Part shown: in pieces, positions 16,884-25,399 of the stretch
Position numbering within the stretch: position 1 is the first letter of the stretch
Layout of the letters: each line of letters opens with the position of its first letter
Source of the DNA: Verrucomicrobiota bacterium
Lineage (GTDB): Bacteria; Verrucomicrobiota; Verrucomicrobiia; Limisphaerales; SXQI01
Direction: 5' to 3'
Length of the DNA stretch: 25,567 nt
Assembly: GCA_033762115.1 (NCBI GenBank)
Contig: JANRLX010000049.1
Coordinates: forward strand, 1 to 25,567
Position numbers and translations under genes: made by a program
The notes under the pieces: generated by a model
Told to the model about the DNA's origin: nothing
The model's input: only the letters and a program-made list of their open reading frames with translations
Database searches by the model: none

Positions 16884-18596
16884 TTAATCCCGCTCGACCC
16901 CGCTTGTCCAATATTTAGAGAGTTGGTCCGGCGGGACGACGTTCAGAGGCATGACAATTCGAAACCCAAGAAACTGGGCGTCGGTGTGATACCAGATGCT
17001 CTTTGGAAGCTGAGGGTCCTGGATTTTCCAGGTCTTATCGGAGGCGCGGCGAGCAGCGCTGCGGAGTTTGTCCGGCTCGTCATCCCAGGAACCGCCGCGA
17101 GCCACATGAGGGTACGGTTTTGTCGCGCGAAGCCAGGGGTTCTCAGCAGTGACGCTGGCGAATTCCTGATAAGTATCAGGTGAGTATTGGTCGAGGCACC
17201 ACTCCAGCACGTTGCCGTGCATATCGTGCAATCCCCATGGATTGGGTTTTTTGGTGCCGACTTTTTGATACTTCCAATCACTGTTATTGGCAAACCATGC
17301 GTATTCGCCGATTTTGGCTGGATCATCGCCAAAGGACCAGGCGGTTGTGGTTCCAGCGCGGCAGGCGTATTCCCATTCCGCTTCGGTGGGGAGGCGGAAG
17401 AATCGCCCGACCTTGGCGCTAAGCCATTTGCAATAGGTATTGGCGGCATGCTGGGTCATGCTGATGGCAGGAAAACCGTCCTTGCCCATGCCGAAGCTCA
17501 TTTCGACATAGGGAGTTGTGGGACGGGCGACTGCGTCAGCAGTCAGGTGAAGGGAAGGATCGGATTTGAGGCGCAGCCGTTTTTTCTTTTCCTCATCAGG
17601 GAATTGAAAGAGCTCATATTCGTTCCAGGTGACTTCGCATTTTCCCATCCAGAATGGAGCAATTTTCACTTTATGCTGCGGTCCTTCATCGCTTTTGCGG
17701 CCGGGTTCAGAAGCAGGACTGCCCATGAGAAATTCGCCGCCGGGAATGGGAATCATTTCAAAAGTCACCTCACTGCCGGGAATGGTGATTTTGAACGGTT
17801 TCATGTCGGCTTCGTTGGTCACGGAGAGATTGGCGATAATTTTTTCGTAAATTTCCTGGACCAGGGCTGGGTCATCAGCCGCGGAGGCGGTGGTGCGACG
17901 GGCGCTCAAAGTGATGCCAGCAGGCCAGTTGGCTCCTTGATCAATCCAATCGCGGAGCATTTCCTGCTGTTCTTTTGGGAGCGGGCCGCCTTTCTTCGCC
18001 GGGGGCATGAGGTCATCGTGATCGGCGGGAAGGGTGGTCAGGGTGTAGAGGGAGCTTTCCTTGCTTTTGCCGGGAATGATGGTGGGGCCGGAATCGCCGC
18101 CTTTGAAGGCGAGGTCCCTGGTATCGAGGCGCAAGCCACCTTTGTCGTGCCCGGCCTGATGACAGGAGACGCAGGAAAATTCAAGGATGGGCTGGATATC
18201 TTTGACGAAGTCGATTTTTTTGACGGCTTTAAGAGTGACGCCTTCGGGCCAGGCGGCACCCTGGGCGATCCAATTCTTTAGGGCATCGGTCTGTTCCCTG
18301 GGAAGGCGGTCTCCTTTGGGTGGCATGGCCAACTCGTGGTCAGCAGGCAGTATGGTGGTGGTGTAAAGGGAGCTTTCGTCAGGCTTGCCGGAAATGATGG
18401 TTGCGCCGGAGTCGCCACCTTTAAAGGCATTCTCTTTGGTATCCAGCTTGAGGCCCCCCTTTTTCTGTTCGCCGCCATGGCAGCTCACGCAATGCAGTTC
18501 GAGGATGGGTTTGACCTCTCGAACGAAATCCAAATCCGCTGCCTGAAGGGCAAAGGCCGCACCAGTGGCGAGCGTCGCTGAAAATAACCGATTCAT
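16884..18596 (-). CDS. Two planctomycete-type cytochrome c domains fused to an FGE/SUMF1-like domain
   Basis: Signal peptide; two copies of DFV....PILE..CVSCH...KGGL.LDT...MPP....WI.QGA.WP; FLMGSP, RLPTEAEWEYACRAG, PNPWGLHDMHGNVLEWC, RGGSW, LGFR. Confidence 0.9.
   Translation of the reverse strand: MNRLFSATLATGAAFALQAADLDFVREVKPILELHCVSCHGGEQKKGGLKLDTKENAFKGGDSGATIISGKPDESSLYTTTILPADHELAMPPKGDRLPREQTDALKNWIAQGAAWPEGVTLKAVKKIDFVKDIQPILEFSCVSCHQAGHDKGGLRLDTRDLAFKGGDSGPTIIPGKSKESSLYTLTTLPADHDDLMPPAKKGGPLPKEQQEMLRDWIDQGANWPAGITLSARRTTASAADDPALVQEIYEKIIANLSVTNEADMKPFKITIPGSEVTFEMIPIPGGEFLMGSPASEPGRKSDEGPQHKVKIAPFWMGKCEVTWNEYELFQFPDEEKKKRLRLKSDPSLHLTADAVARPTTPYVEMSFGMGKDGFPAISMTQHAANTYCKWLSAKVGRFFRLPTEAEWEYACRAGTTTAWSFGDDPAKIGEYAWFANNSDWKYQKVGTKKPNPWGLHDMHGNVLEWCLDQYSPDTYQEFASVTAENPWLRATKPYPHVARGGSWDDEPDKLRSAARRASDKTWKIQDPQLPKSIWYHTDAQFLGFRIVMPLNVVPPDQLSKYWTSGVERD
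17922..18530 (-). repeat. Intragenic tandem duplication of the cytochrome c domain
   Basis: Two ~100-aa copies (~18530-18246 and ~18212-17922) sharing CVSCH, AFKGGDSG and ESSLYT. Confidence 0.85.
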
Positions 18597-18743
18597 GTCT
18601 ATGAGATATTTACCTGAGAACAGCTTATGGGCAAAGGCAAAGTGCCTGTCGAGAGATTGGACGTGAACGGAAGAGAAGGCTTCAGAAGAAAATTCAGTGG
18701 TCATTCGATCCCCATTCAGGGACGAACAATTTCTGGAATTTCC

Positions 18744-19319
18744 TTATTTTCGGGTATGGTGACGGATATCGACTGCTTCCATCCCGGCGGCCAGGATGGC
18801 CTGGATTCCCAGGTCGGTGTCTTCAAAAGCGCGGCAATGTTGAGGGGGCACTCCGATTCGGCGGGCAGCTTCAAGGAAGATATCGGGAGCTGGTTTCTGG
18901 CGAGTGACATCTTCGCTGGTGACGATGGCTTGGAAATAATGCCTGATTCCAAGTTTTTCGAGGACCTGGGTGATGACATGTTTCATCCCGCCGGAGGCAA
19001 CGGCCATGGGAAGCCGCCCATGGTTTTCGCGGGCAATGGCGACAACCGATTCAACAGGTTGAGTATGGGCAAGCATGGGGAGATACTCCTCCTCTTTCTC
19101 TTTCGCCACTGCGAGGCAATCCAGTTGCCGTCCCTGCTCTTCACAAAGCATTTTGAGAATGTCGCGTGTGGGAACTCCGCCCATGGCATAAAAGCGGTCT
19201 TCGGGGAAATGGAGTTGATGGCGGGCGGCAATTCGTTGCCAGGCGATCCAATGAAGTGGCATGGTGTCGGCCAGAGTTCCGTCACAATCAAAAATGAGTC
19301 CACGGATTTCGCGCTGCAT
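18744..19319 (-). CDS. HAD-superfamily phosphatase (YqaB/beta-PGM-like)
   Basis: LIFDCDGTLADT, VASGG, KPAPDIFL, FEDTDLG; starts 1 nt after the prfA stop. Confidence 0.92.
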   Translation of the reverse strand: MQREIRGLIFDCDGTLADTMPLHWIAWQRIAARHQLHFPEDRFYAMGGVPTRDILKMLCEEQGRQLDCLAVAKEKEEEYLPMLAHTQPVESVVAIARENHGRLPMAVASGGMKHVITQVLEKLGIRHYFQAIVTSEDVTRQKPAPDIFLEAARRIGVPPQHCRAFEDTDLGIQAILAAGMEAVDIRHHTRK

Positions 19320-19320
19320 A

Positions 19321-20409
19321 TCAGAGAGTGAGGGAGGCAAGTTTTTCTTCGAGATCATTGGCCATCAGTGGTTCGATCAAACCATCAATGTCTCCCTCGA
19401 TAAAGGTGGGAAGGTTGTAGAGGGTGACTTCGATGCGATGGTCGGTGACCCTGTTTTGCGGAAAGTTGTAGGTGCGAATTCGTTCGTTGCGTTCTCCGGT
19501 GCCAACCTGTGCCTTGCGCTGGGCGGCATATTTCGCATCAGTTTCTGCAATCTTTGCCTCCAGCAGACGTGAGCGCAGGACGGTCAGGGCGCGGGCCTTG
19601 TTTTTTTGCTGGGAACGTTGATCGGCGCAACGGACGATCAACCCACTGGGTTTGTGAATGATCTGAACCGCCGAATCGGTGGTGTTCACGCCTTGTCCGC
19701 CCGGGCCTGAAGCACGGCAGACTGTGATGTCCAGGTCTTCGGGGCGAATTTCGATGTCCACTTCCTCAGCCTCGGGAAGGACGGCAACGGTGGCGGTGCT
19801 GGTGTGAATGCGTCCCTGCGCCTCAGTCGCTGGCACCCGCTGAACACGATGAACGCCGCTCTCGTATTTCAATCGTTTGTAAACATCGGTGCCAGTGACG
19901 TTAAAGGTGACTTCCTTCAAGCCGCCCAAGTCTGAATAGCTGGTGTCCAGGGTTTCGATTTTCCATCCCTGATTTTCGCAATAGCGGGTGTACATGCGAT
20001 ACAGGTCCGCAGCAAACAGGGCGGATTCCGAGCCGCCGGCACCTGCGCGAATTTCAATAATCGTGTTGCGGGAGTCGGTGGGGTCTGGAGGCAGGATCCC
20101 TTTTTGAACTTCACGTTCGAGGCGTTTTTCCTCCTGCTCGAGTCGCGCGATATCTTCGCGGGCGATGGTTGCGAGTTCTGAATCGGCAGATTCGGCCTCA
20201 AGCAGTGTTCGATTCTCGCGCAAATCGTGAAGTGTTTTGAGATAGGATCTGCCGATGGAGACGAGATCTTTTAACCGCGCATATTCGCGGGCCATTTCCT
20301 GAGCGCGCTGATTATTTTCAAAAAGCTTTGGATCATTCAGGGCCGCTTCAACTTCCTCGAAGCGGCGGGTGAATTTATCGATATGAGGACGGAGATCCAG
20401 ACCGGCCAT
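19321..20409 (-). CDS. prfA: Peptide chain release factor 1
   Basis: EIRAGAGG, ESGVHRVQRVPATE (PxT motif of RF1), GPGGQGVN, IRTYNFPQNRVTDHRI. Confidence 0.97.
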   Translation of the reverse strand: MAGLDLRPHIDKFTRRFEEVEAALNDPKLFENNQRAQEMAREYARLKDLVSIGRSYLKTLHDLRENRTLLEAESADSELATIAREDIARLEQEEKRLEREVQKGILPPDPTDSRNTIIEIRAGAGGSESALFAADLYRMYTRYCENQGWKIETLDTSYSDLGGLKEVTFNVTGTDVYKRLKYESGVHRVQRVPATEAQGRIHTSTATVAVLPEAEEVDIEIRPEDLDITVCRASGPGGQGVNTTDSAVQIIHKPSGLIVRCADQRSQQKNKARALTVLRSRLLEAKIAETDAKYAAQRKAQVGTGERNERIRTYNFPQNRVTDHRIEVTLYNLPTFIEGDIDGLIEPLMANDLEEKLASLTL

Positions 20410-20451
20410 AAAAAGAGACCGCCCGCACGGGTATGCAACTCGGCGGGCGGT
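20410..20451 (-). terminator. Intrinsic terminator-like hairpin after rpmE
   Basis: Minus strand ACCGCCCGC...GCGGGCGGT followed by CTCTTTTT, abutting the prfA ATG. Confidence 0.7.
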
Positions 20452-20466
20452 AGAATCTGTCCGGGA

Positions 20467-20721
20467 CTACTTTTTCTTTTTCTTGGTCGTTGCAGAAGCA
20501 GCAGCGGCTTCCTGAGCGGCCTGAGTCTTTGCGAGACGCTGTTGGAATTTGTCAACGCGACCGGCAGTATCAACAAATTTTTGAGTGCCGGTGTAAAACG
20601 GATGGCAGACATTGCAGATACCGATCAGAATGGTCGGCTTGACAGAACGAGTCTTAATCACGTTGCCGCAGGCGCAACGGATTTCAGCATCCCGATAATT
20701 TGGATGAACATCAGCTTTCAT
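20467..20721 (-). CDS. rpmE: 50S ribosomal protein L31 (Zn-binding type)
   Basis: [32 protein letters not shown]. Confidence 0.97.
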   Translation of the reverse strand: MKADVHPNYRDAEIRCACGNVIKTRSVKPTILIGICNVCHPFYTGTQKFVDTAGRVDKFQQRLAKTQAAQEAAAASATTKKKKK

Positions 20722-20735
20722 AACAAAGGGTGGGA

Positions 20736-20763
20736 AGCCTACCACTGAAGATTTCAGGTGCAA
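20736..20763 (-). promoter_or_regulatory. Putative rpmE promoter
   Basis: TTGCAC-N16-TAGGCT with extended -10 TG, 14 nt before the ATG. Confidence 0.55.
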
Positions 20764-20806
20764 GCGGTATTTTTAAATGAAGGGGCAGTTGCTCCAGGTG
20801 GACACA

Positions 20807-21378
20807 TTATTCACTTGCAGTGACAGCGCGCAAAAAGAGGTGATTGGTTGCCGGAACCTCACAGTTAAAATGCAGTGATCCGGTGGTGTTTGTATGGATA
20901 TTCATCCATGTGACAAAATCGCTTGTGCTCTGGATGATGATGGATTCGTTGCGAGGGTTTTGAACGAGCAAGGTGATCTGGCCCTGGGCAATTTCTGCTT
21001 TTAGCTGTAGATTAGTATCCTCTATTGCGCCGATATCGGTCCGTCCAGCGACGGATCGTGCTGTTCCCAACTGGTCAATGGCCGGAAAATCGTTTGTGGG
21101 ACCATTATTCAAGGCAGGACTGCCAAACAGGAGAAAAGCCGGAATTGCTGCTGGCCATCGATGGTGACATTTCTGTCCGAAGCATCAATTTCAACATCGG
21201 TTGTAATCGGGATTGGGCTTGTTACAAGGATGGTTCCATCCCCGCTGAAGGTAATCTTGCCACCGGCAGCGACTGCGGAGCGTAAAGCTGCATCAGTGAA
21301 TTCAGTGATCACAGTATCGGCGGAAATTGAAATCACCGCTGCGGATAAAGAGAGTAGGAGAGCCAGCCTTTTATTCAT
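20807..21378 (-). pseudogene. Internally deleted, frameshifted secreted protein (choice-of-anchor Q-like C-terminus)
   Basis: Frame A: signal peptide, then DAALRSAVAAGG.ITF...VTIDG...RLF and a stop. Frame B from ~21135: LLFGSPALNNG...DQLGTAR....DIGAIE and tail STSDFVTW...FLRAV. Confidence 0.7.
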
Positions 21379-21532
21379 GCAATAAGGTACCTTTGGTATA
21401 GGGGCGGCTTTGGAAAAGTCAAGGAAATTTCACGAAAGCATAAGAAAATTAAATATGTGCCTGCGAAAGTGCGATGAGCATCAGGTTTGGGAAAGCCTGA
21501 CTTGCCGCTGTTTTACTCGGAGCAAAGTTAGT

Positions 21533-23215
21533 TTAGTTCAACGATTCTTTGGGATCATCGTTGCTCGGTATTTCGGCTTCGTTCGATGATTCGTTGATCG
21601 CTGAATGCGCCGTATCTTCGGTGGTTGTTTCCACAGCAATCTCAGGGTTGGGAGAGCCTTCTCCCTGAACATTCTGAGTTGATTTGGAGGCCGTGGTCTC
21701 CGGGGTCGCTTCAGTTGCTGGAGCAGCTTGGGGTTTCTCAGGCTTTTGCGGCCTTGGAGCAGGTTTTTTGGCTGTCTCCATGTGGCCATTGGCAAATTCG
21801 ATGACATGTCCCTGATGGATCAACCAGTGCAAATCGGCAATGACTGCTTCCATTTCCGGGGTGGGAGGCATTGCAGTCTGCGGAGTTTCATCCGTGGGTT
21901 TGGGCTGGTTAAAATAGCGCGCGGCATCAGGAACAAAATGTTCCAGCAGGCTTCGCCGGGTACATTTTGGATGGGAGTCAATAAACTGCACGAGTTTCTT
22001 GAGATTCTCAGAAACAGGTGATGCTTCGAGATCAAGGTAGCGAGGACGAGCCACTGCAACGTGAGTGACGGATTTGTTCACCTTGAAAAATTGCAGCCCA
22101 TGCCGCGCAAACTGACCACTCAAAACGTTAACGACTTTGAGTGGGAAGCGCATTTGATCGTCCCATGACCGGCGAATGAATTGCTGAAGCGCCCTGGAAC
22201 CAGCGGTTTGGGTGGCAGCGCCGGGAATGGTCACTGTATCGACTGATTTAACGACGTTTGGGAGGTGGGTGGCGCGGAAATGTTTTTCAACTTCATCACG
22301 AGTGCCAAGCTTGATTGTCTCAGGGATATTCAAGCAGGTGTACTCGGTGCGAAAGCTCTGTTCTTCCTTCCATTTGGTGACAATGGCTTCGTCTTTAACA
22401 ATTTTGATGCGGGATTTGAACGTTTCAAACGGCATCCGGCTGAAGCGTTCCTGGTGAAGCTTGTGGACCTTGTTTTGGTAATCGTGAAAATTGGGAGGGC
22501 CAAGAATGGTCCCGCTGATCCCGCACTGGGCAACGAAGGTGTAAGTGCCTTTTGGAGGATCGGTCGGAATTTTTTCAGCCTGGTAAAAGGTGCCGAAATG
22601 CTTGTTTAAAACGTGATCGACCGCTTCCTGTTCTGAAAGCCAGATGGTTTCATCAAGTCCGCAAACAAACAATTGCTGGGTTTGTCCATCAGCCTTTTTT
22701 TTCCCGGCCAGTTGGACATGGTACCGTTCCGGTTTTTTGAGGACGAGATGGGCAATATCGAACAGCGGATAGGCACGACCACTTAATTTGATTTGTTTGG
22801 CCAGTGATTCGACTCCCTTTTCTTCAGGAACAAAGGAGATATCCAGATCAAGCGGGGGTGGTGCAGGTTCGCGATTTTCTTCACGGTGCGGGGCTCCGCG
22901 ACCGCGACCAAAATCGCGCCGCTGACCACCGTTGCCGGGACGGTTTCGGGAATCCCTGGAGGGACCGGAGGTACTGCCAGCGCGGCGGTCACCGCCGCCT
23001 CCGCTGCGAGGCGCGCCGGGGCCATCACGCCGGGGACCGCTGCTCCGCCGGTCACCACGACCTCGGGACGCAGAACGGTCGCGACCTTCATCTTCGCCTT
23101 TGAAGTTAGCGTAGCGGTTCAGGTCAGGCGCAGCCTGGGCCCAAGCCGGTAAAAAATGTAAATCCAGATCCAGGTTGCCTTCCGGCTGCCTGGATTCATC
23201 CGGTGATGTGCTCAT
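21533..23215 (-). CDS. Hypothetical protein with Arg/Gly-rich disordered N-terminus
   Basis: 560-aa ORF with RG-rich N-terminus, globular core and acidic disordered tail; promoter directly upstream. Confidence 0.8.
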   Translation of the reverse strand: MSTSPDESRQPEGNLDLDLHFLPAWAQAAPDLNRYANFKGEDEGRDRSASRGRGDRRSSGPRRDGPGAPRSGGGGDRRAGSTSGPSRDSRNRPGNGGQRRDFGRGRGAPHREENREPAPPPLDLDISFVPEEKGVESLAKQIKLSGRAYPLFDIAHLVLKKPERYHVQLAGKKKADGQTQQLFVCGLDETIWLSEQEAVDHVLNKHFGTFYQAEKIPTDPPKGTYTFVAQCGISGTILGPPNFHDYQNKVHKLHQERFSRMPFETFKSRIKIVKDEAIVTKWKEEQSFRTEYTCLNIPETIKLGTRDEVEKHFRATHLPNVVKSVDTVTIPGAATQTAGSRALQQFIRRSWDDQMRFPLKVVNVLSGQFARHGLQFFKVNKSVTHVAVARPRYLDLEASPVSENLKKLVQFIDSHPKCTRRSLLEHFVPDAARYFNQPKPTDETPQTAMPPTPEMEAVIADLHWLIHQGHVIEFANGHMETAKKPAPRPQKPEKPQAAPATEATPETTASKSTQNVQGEGSPNPEIAVETTTEDTAHSAINESSNEAEIPSNDDPKESLN

Positions 23216-23227
23216 TCCGTAAAATGA

Positions 23228-23256
23228 AGGTTACCCCTCTCCAAAATTATTTGCAA
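23228..23256 (-). promoter_or_regulatory. Putative sigma70 promoter
   Basis: TTGCAA-N17-TAACCT, 12 nt before ATG 23215. Confidence 0.55.
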
Positions 23257-23308
23257 ACAGGGGTGAGGATGGATGCAGAGCGGGGAGAATGCAAGCCTTG
23301 CGCTGAGA

Positions 23309-23710
23309 TTATCCCTCGGCACGCTGTAACTTGACCGAAAGCGGGATGCTCAGCTCCTGCCTGCCATTGATCGCGAGGTCAATTGAATACTGGCCCGGCT
23401 TGTCAAATTTCAGTTGCTGGATGTTGATAATGAAATTCCGGACGAAGAAATTCACATCGGAAGGCATGATGACATCCACGGGCATATCGATGCTGGGCAT
23501 GACCAAATTGCCATCCTCATCGACGAAATTCATTTTCATTTTGTGCGAGCCCTCTTCGATCCGGGAGAAACAAATCCGCAGGGCAATGGAGCACTGGGGA
23601 TGAACCGCGGGAAGCTGGGTTGTTACGATGGTGTCAAATGTGCCGAGGATGTTTAATTTTCCATTATAGTCCGTTGCGGCATCGCAAAGGACGGCGATTT
23701 GTATATTCAT
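23309..23710 (-). CDS. DUF6941-like beta-sandwich protein
   Basis: LCDAA....GKLNILGTFD...F..PG.Y.I pattern. Confidence 0.75.
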   Translation of the reverse strand: MNIQIAVLCDAATDYNGKLNILGTFDTIVTTQLPAVHPQCSIALRICFSRIEEGSHKMKMNFVDEDGNLVMPSIDMPVDVIMPSDVNFFVRNFIINIQQLKFDKPGQYSIDLAINGRQELSIPLSVKLQRAEG

Positions 23711-23839
23711 GATGAGCGCTCGGCCTGTCGCCACGATTTTAAACTGATTTCCCGCAGCGGCTCAAGCAGCATTGGCAGCGTTCCGAAAATAATAAAATAC
23801 TGTAAATGTTAAGGCGAATGTGCTATTCCGGCAGGAATT

Positions 23840-24358
23840 GTGAAAGGGTCCCGCTCGCTAACTTACGCTGAAATGTTTCAACTTCGGGCTGCCGAGGGTT
23901 GGTCTGAATTGGGGAATCAGAAGGAAGCGCTGGCCGAACTGGAACGGCTTGGTCGTGACATTTCCGACCATGAGGATGTGCTCGAAATTTACTGTCGTAT
24001 CTATGAACATTTCGAGGACTGGTTCAAGGCAATGCATTACGCCCGCCGATTAAGGGAAATTTATCCTGGCAAACCTGCCGGGTGGATTCATGAGCCGATT
24101 GCGCTGCACCGGCAAAAGCTGAAGGAAGAGGCGTTCGCGCTCGGGTTGGCTGCGTCGGCAAAATTTCCGGAGAATGCCACAGTTGCGTATAATCTTGCCT
24201 GTTACGCGGTGGCGCTCAATAAACTCGAGGAGGCCCGAAACATTTTGAAAGTGGCAGTGGAACTGGATCCGCGAAAAGGAAAACCGGGAGATTTGCGTGA
24301 GGCAGCCAGCCGCGATCCTGATTTAATTCCGCTTTGGGAAAATTCCAAGGAGCCTTAG
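23840..24358 (+). CDS. Tetratricopeptide repeat protein
   Basis: AAEGW.ELG, YNLACY....LEEAR..L..A..LDP, DPDL.PLW. Confidence 0.8.
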   Translation: MKGSRSLTYAEMFQLRAAEGWSELGNQKEALAELERLGRDISDHEDVLEIYCRIYEHFEDWFKAMHYARRLREIYPGKPAGWIHEPIALHRQKLKEEAFALGLAASAKFPENATVAYNLACYAVALNKLEEARNILKVAVELDPRKGKPGDLREAASRDPDLIPLWENSKEP

Positions 24359-24611
24359 ACCTTGATGCTGATGGAGTTGAGCCCAGCACAATCTCCTTTC
24401 TCAAGCCACCAAACCTGCACACTGCTGTCACGGAGGTAGGGCCTAAGAAAGCTCAAACAGTTAGAAGGCATCGCACAAATGTCCAAGCAGCGTCTTGCCG
24501 GGATTTTGGCGGGCTGCTTCGTTGCTCCTCAGTCACTCAGGAAGGCGAGATATAAGAATGGATCAACAGCCGTCGATTCCGCTTCTGGCTACTGAGTTTC
24601 AAAATAACGGC

Positions 24612-24640
24612 AAAAAAATATCGACAAACGATAAATTTTT
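24612..24640. promoter_or_regulatory. Palindromic operator candidate
   Basis: AAAAA-AA-TATCG-ACAAA-CGATA-AA-TTTTT, ending 14 nt before the DUF2975 start. Confidence 0.6.
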
Positions 24641-24654
24641 GCAAAAGTTGCACG

Positions 24655-25137
24655 ATGAATCGAATTTCAACCTTCTTTCTTCAAGGAGTGATCGTGTTCA
24701 TCGGCATTGGCGTTCTGGCCTTTATGTTATCTGAACCGCATTTCGAGGGCAGGAATGCGCACTCAACTGTTTTTGAAATTTACTTCAAGGATCCGTTCCT
24801 GGCGTATGCATATATCGGGTCGATTGCTTTTTTCGTGGCACTCTACCAAGCGTTTAAGTTGTTGGGATATGCAGGAAAGAGGGAGGTTTTTTCGCCCCAG
24901 TCTGTGAAAGCCTTAAAAATTATAAAATATTGTGCGTTGACTCTTATTGCCTTTCTTGCCGGAGCAGAAGCTTATTTTTTCCTGGTTATCTGTGGCACAG
25001 ACGATATCGCAGGAGGTGTGATGATGGGGCTTTTTCTGATTTTCGTCTCTTGCATCATGGCCACTGCTGCGGCTGTGTTTGAGAAAACGTTGCAAAACGC
25101 TGTCGACCTGAAATCTGAAAACGACTTAACCGTATAA
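24655..25137 (+). CDS. DUF2975 family membrane protein
   Basis: Four TM segments, FSPQSVKALKIIKYCA, C-terminal AVDLKSENDLTV. Confidence 0.9.
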   Translation: MNRISTFFLQGVIVFIGIGVLAFMLSEPHFEGRNAHSTVFEIYFKDPFLAYAYIGSIAFFVALYQAFKLLGYAGKREVFSPQSVKALKIIKYCALTLIAFLAGAEAYFFLVICGTDDIAGGVMMGLFLIFVSCIMATAAAVFEKTLQNAVDLKSENDLTV

Positions 25138-25147
25138 GAGTCGCAAT

Positions 25148-25360
25148 ATGGCAATTATCATTAACATTGATGTGATGTTGGCGAAGCGGAAGATGAGCGT
25201 CACAGAGCTTACCGAAAAAGTCGGCATCACGATGGCGAATATTTCGATCTTGAAAAATGGCAAAGCCAAAGCAATCCGGCTATCAACTTTGGAGGCGATT
25301 TGTAAAGCCCTGGAGTGTCAGCCGGGAGACATTTTGGAATACAAAGAGGAGCTTCCGTAA
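25148..25360 (+). CDS. Cro/C1-type HTH regulator (YozG-like)
   Basis: MAIIINIDVMLAKRKMS..EL...VGIT.AN.SILKNGKAKAIR.STL..IC..L.CQPGDILEY. Confidence 0.93.
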   Translation: MAIIINIDVMLAKRKMSVTELTEKVGITMANISILKNGKAKAIRLSTLEAICKALECQPGDILEYKEELP

Positions 25361-25399
25361 GGCGAAAGCGCAAACCATTGGCAGCAGGAAATCACGACA

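Noticed and set aside
16884..17100. Diversity-generating retroelement target (FGE-type C-terminus)
   Set aside because: No template repeat or reverse transcriptase in the window
19321..20409. Programmed frameshift as in prfB
   Set aside because: Continuous ORF with the PxT motif identifies RF1
24363..24384. tRNA 3'-end or att-like fragment (minus strand GGGCTCAACTCCATCAGCATCA)
   Set aside because: T-loop is non-canonical, there is no cloverleaf, second copy or integrase
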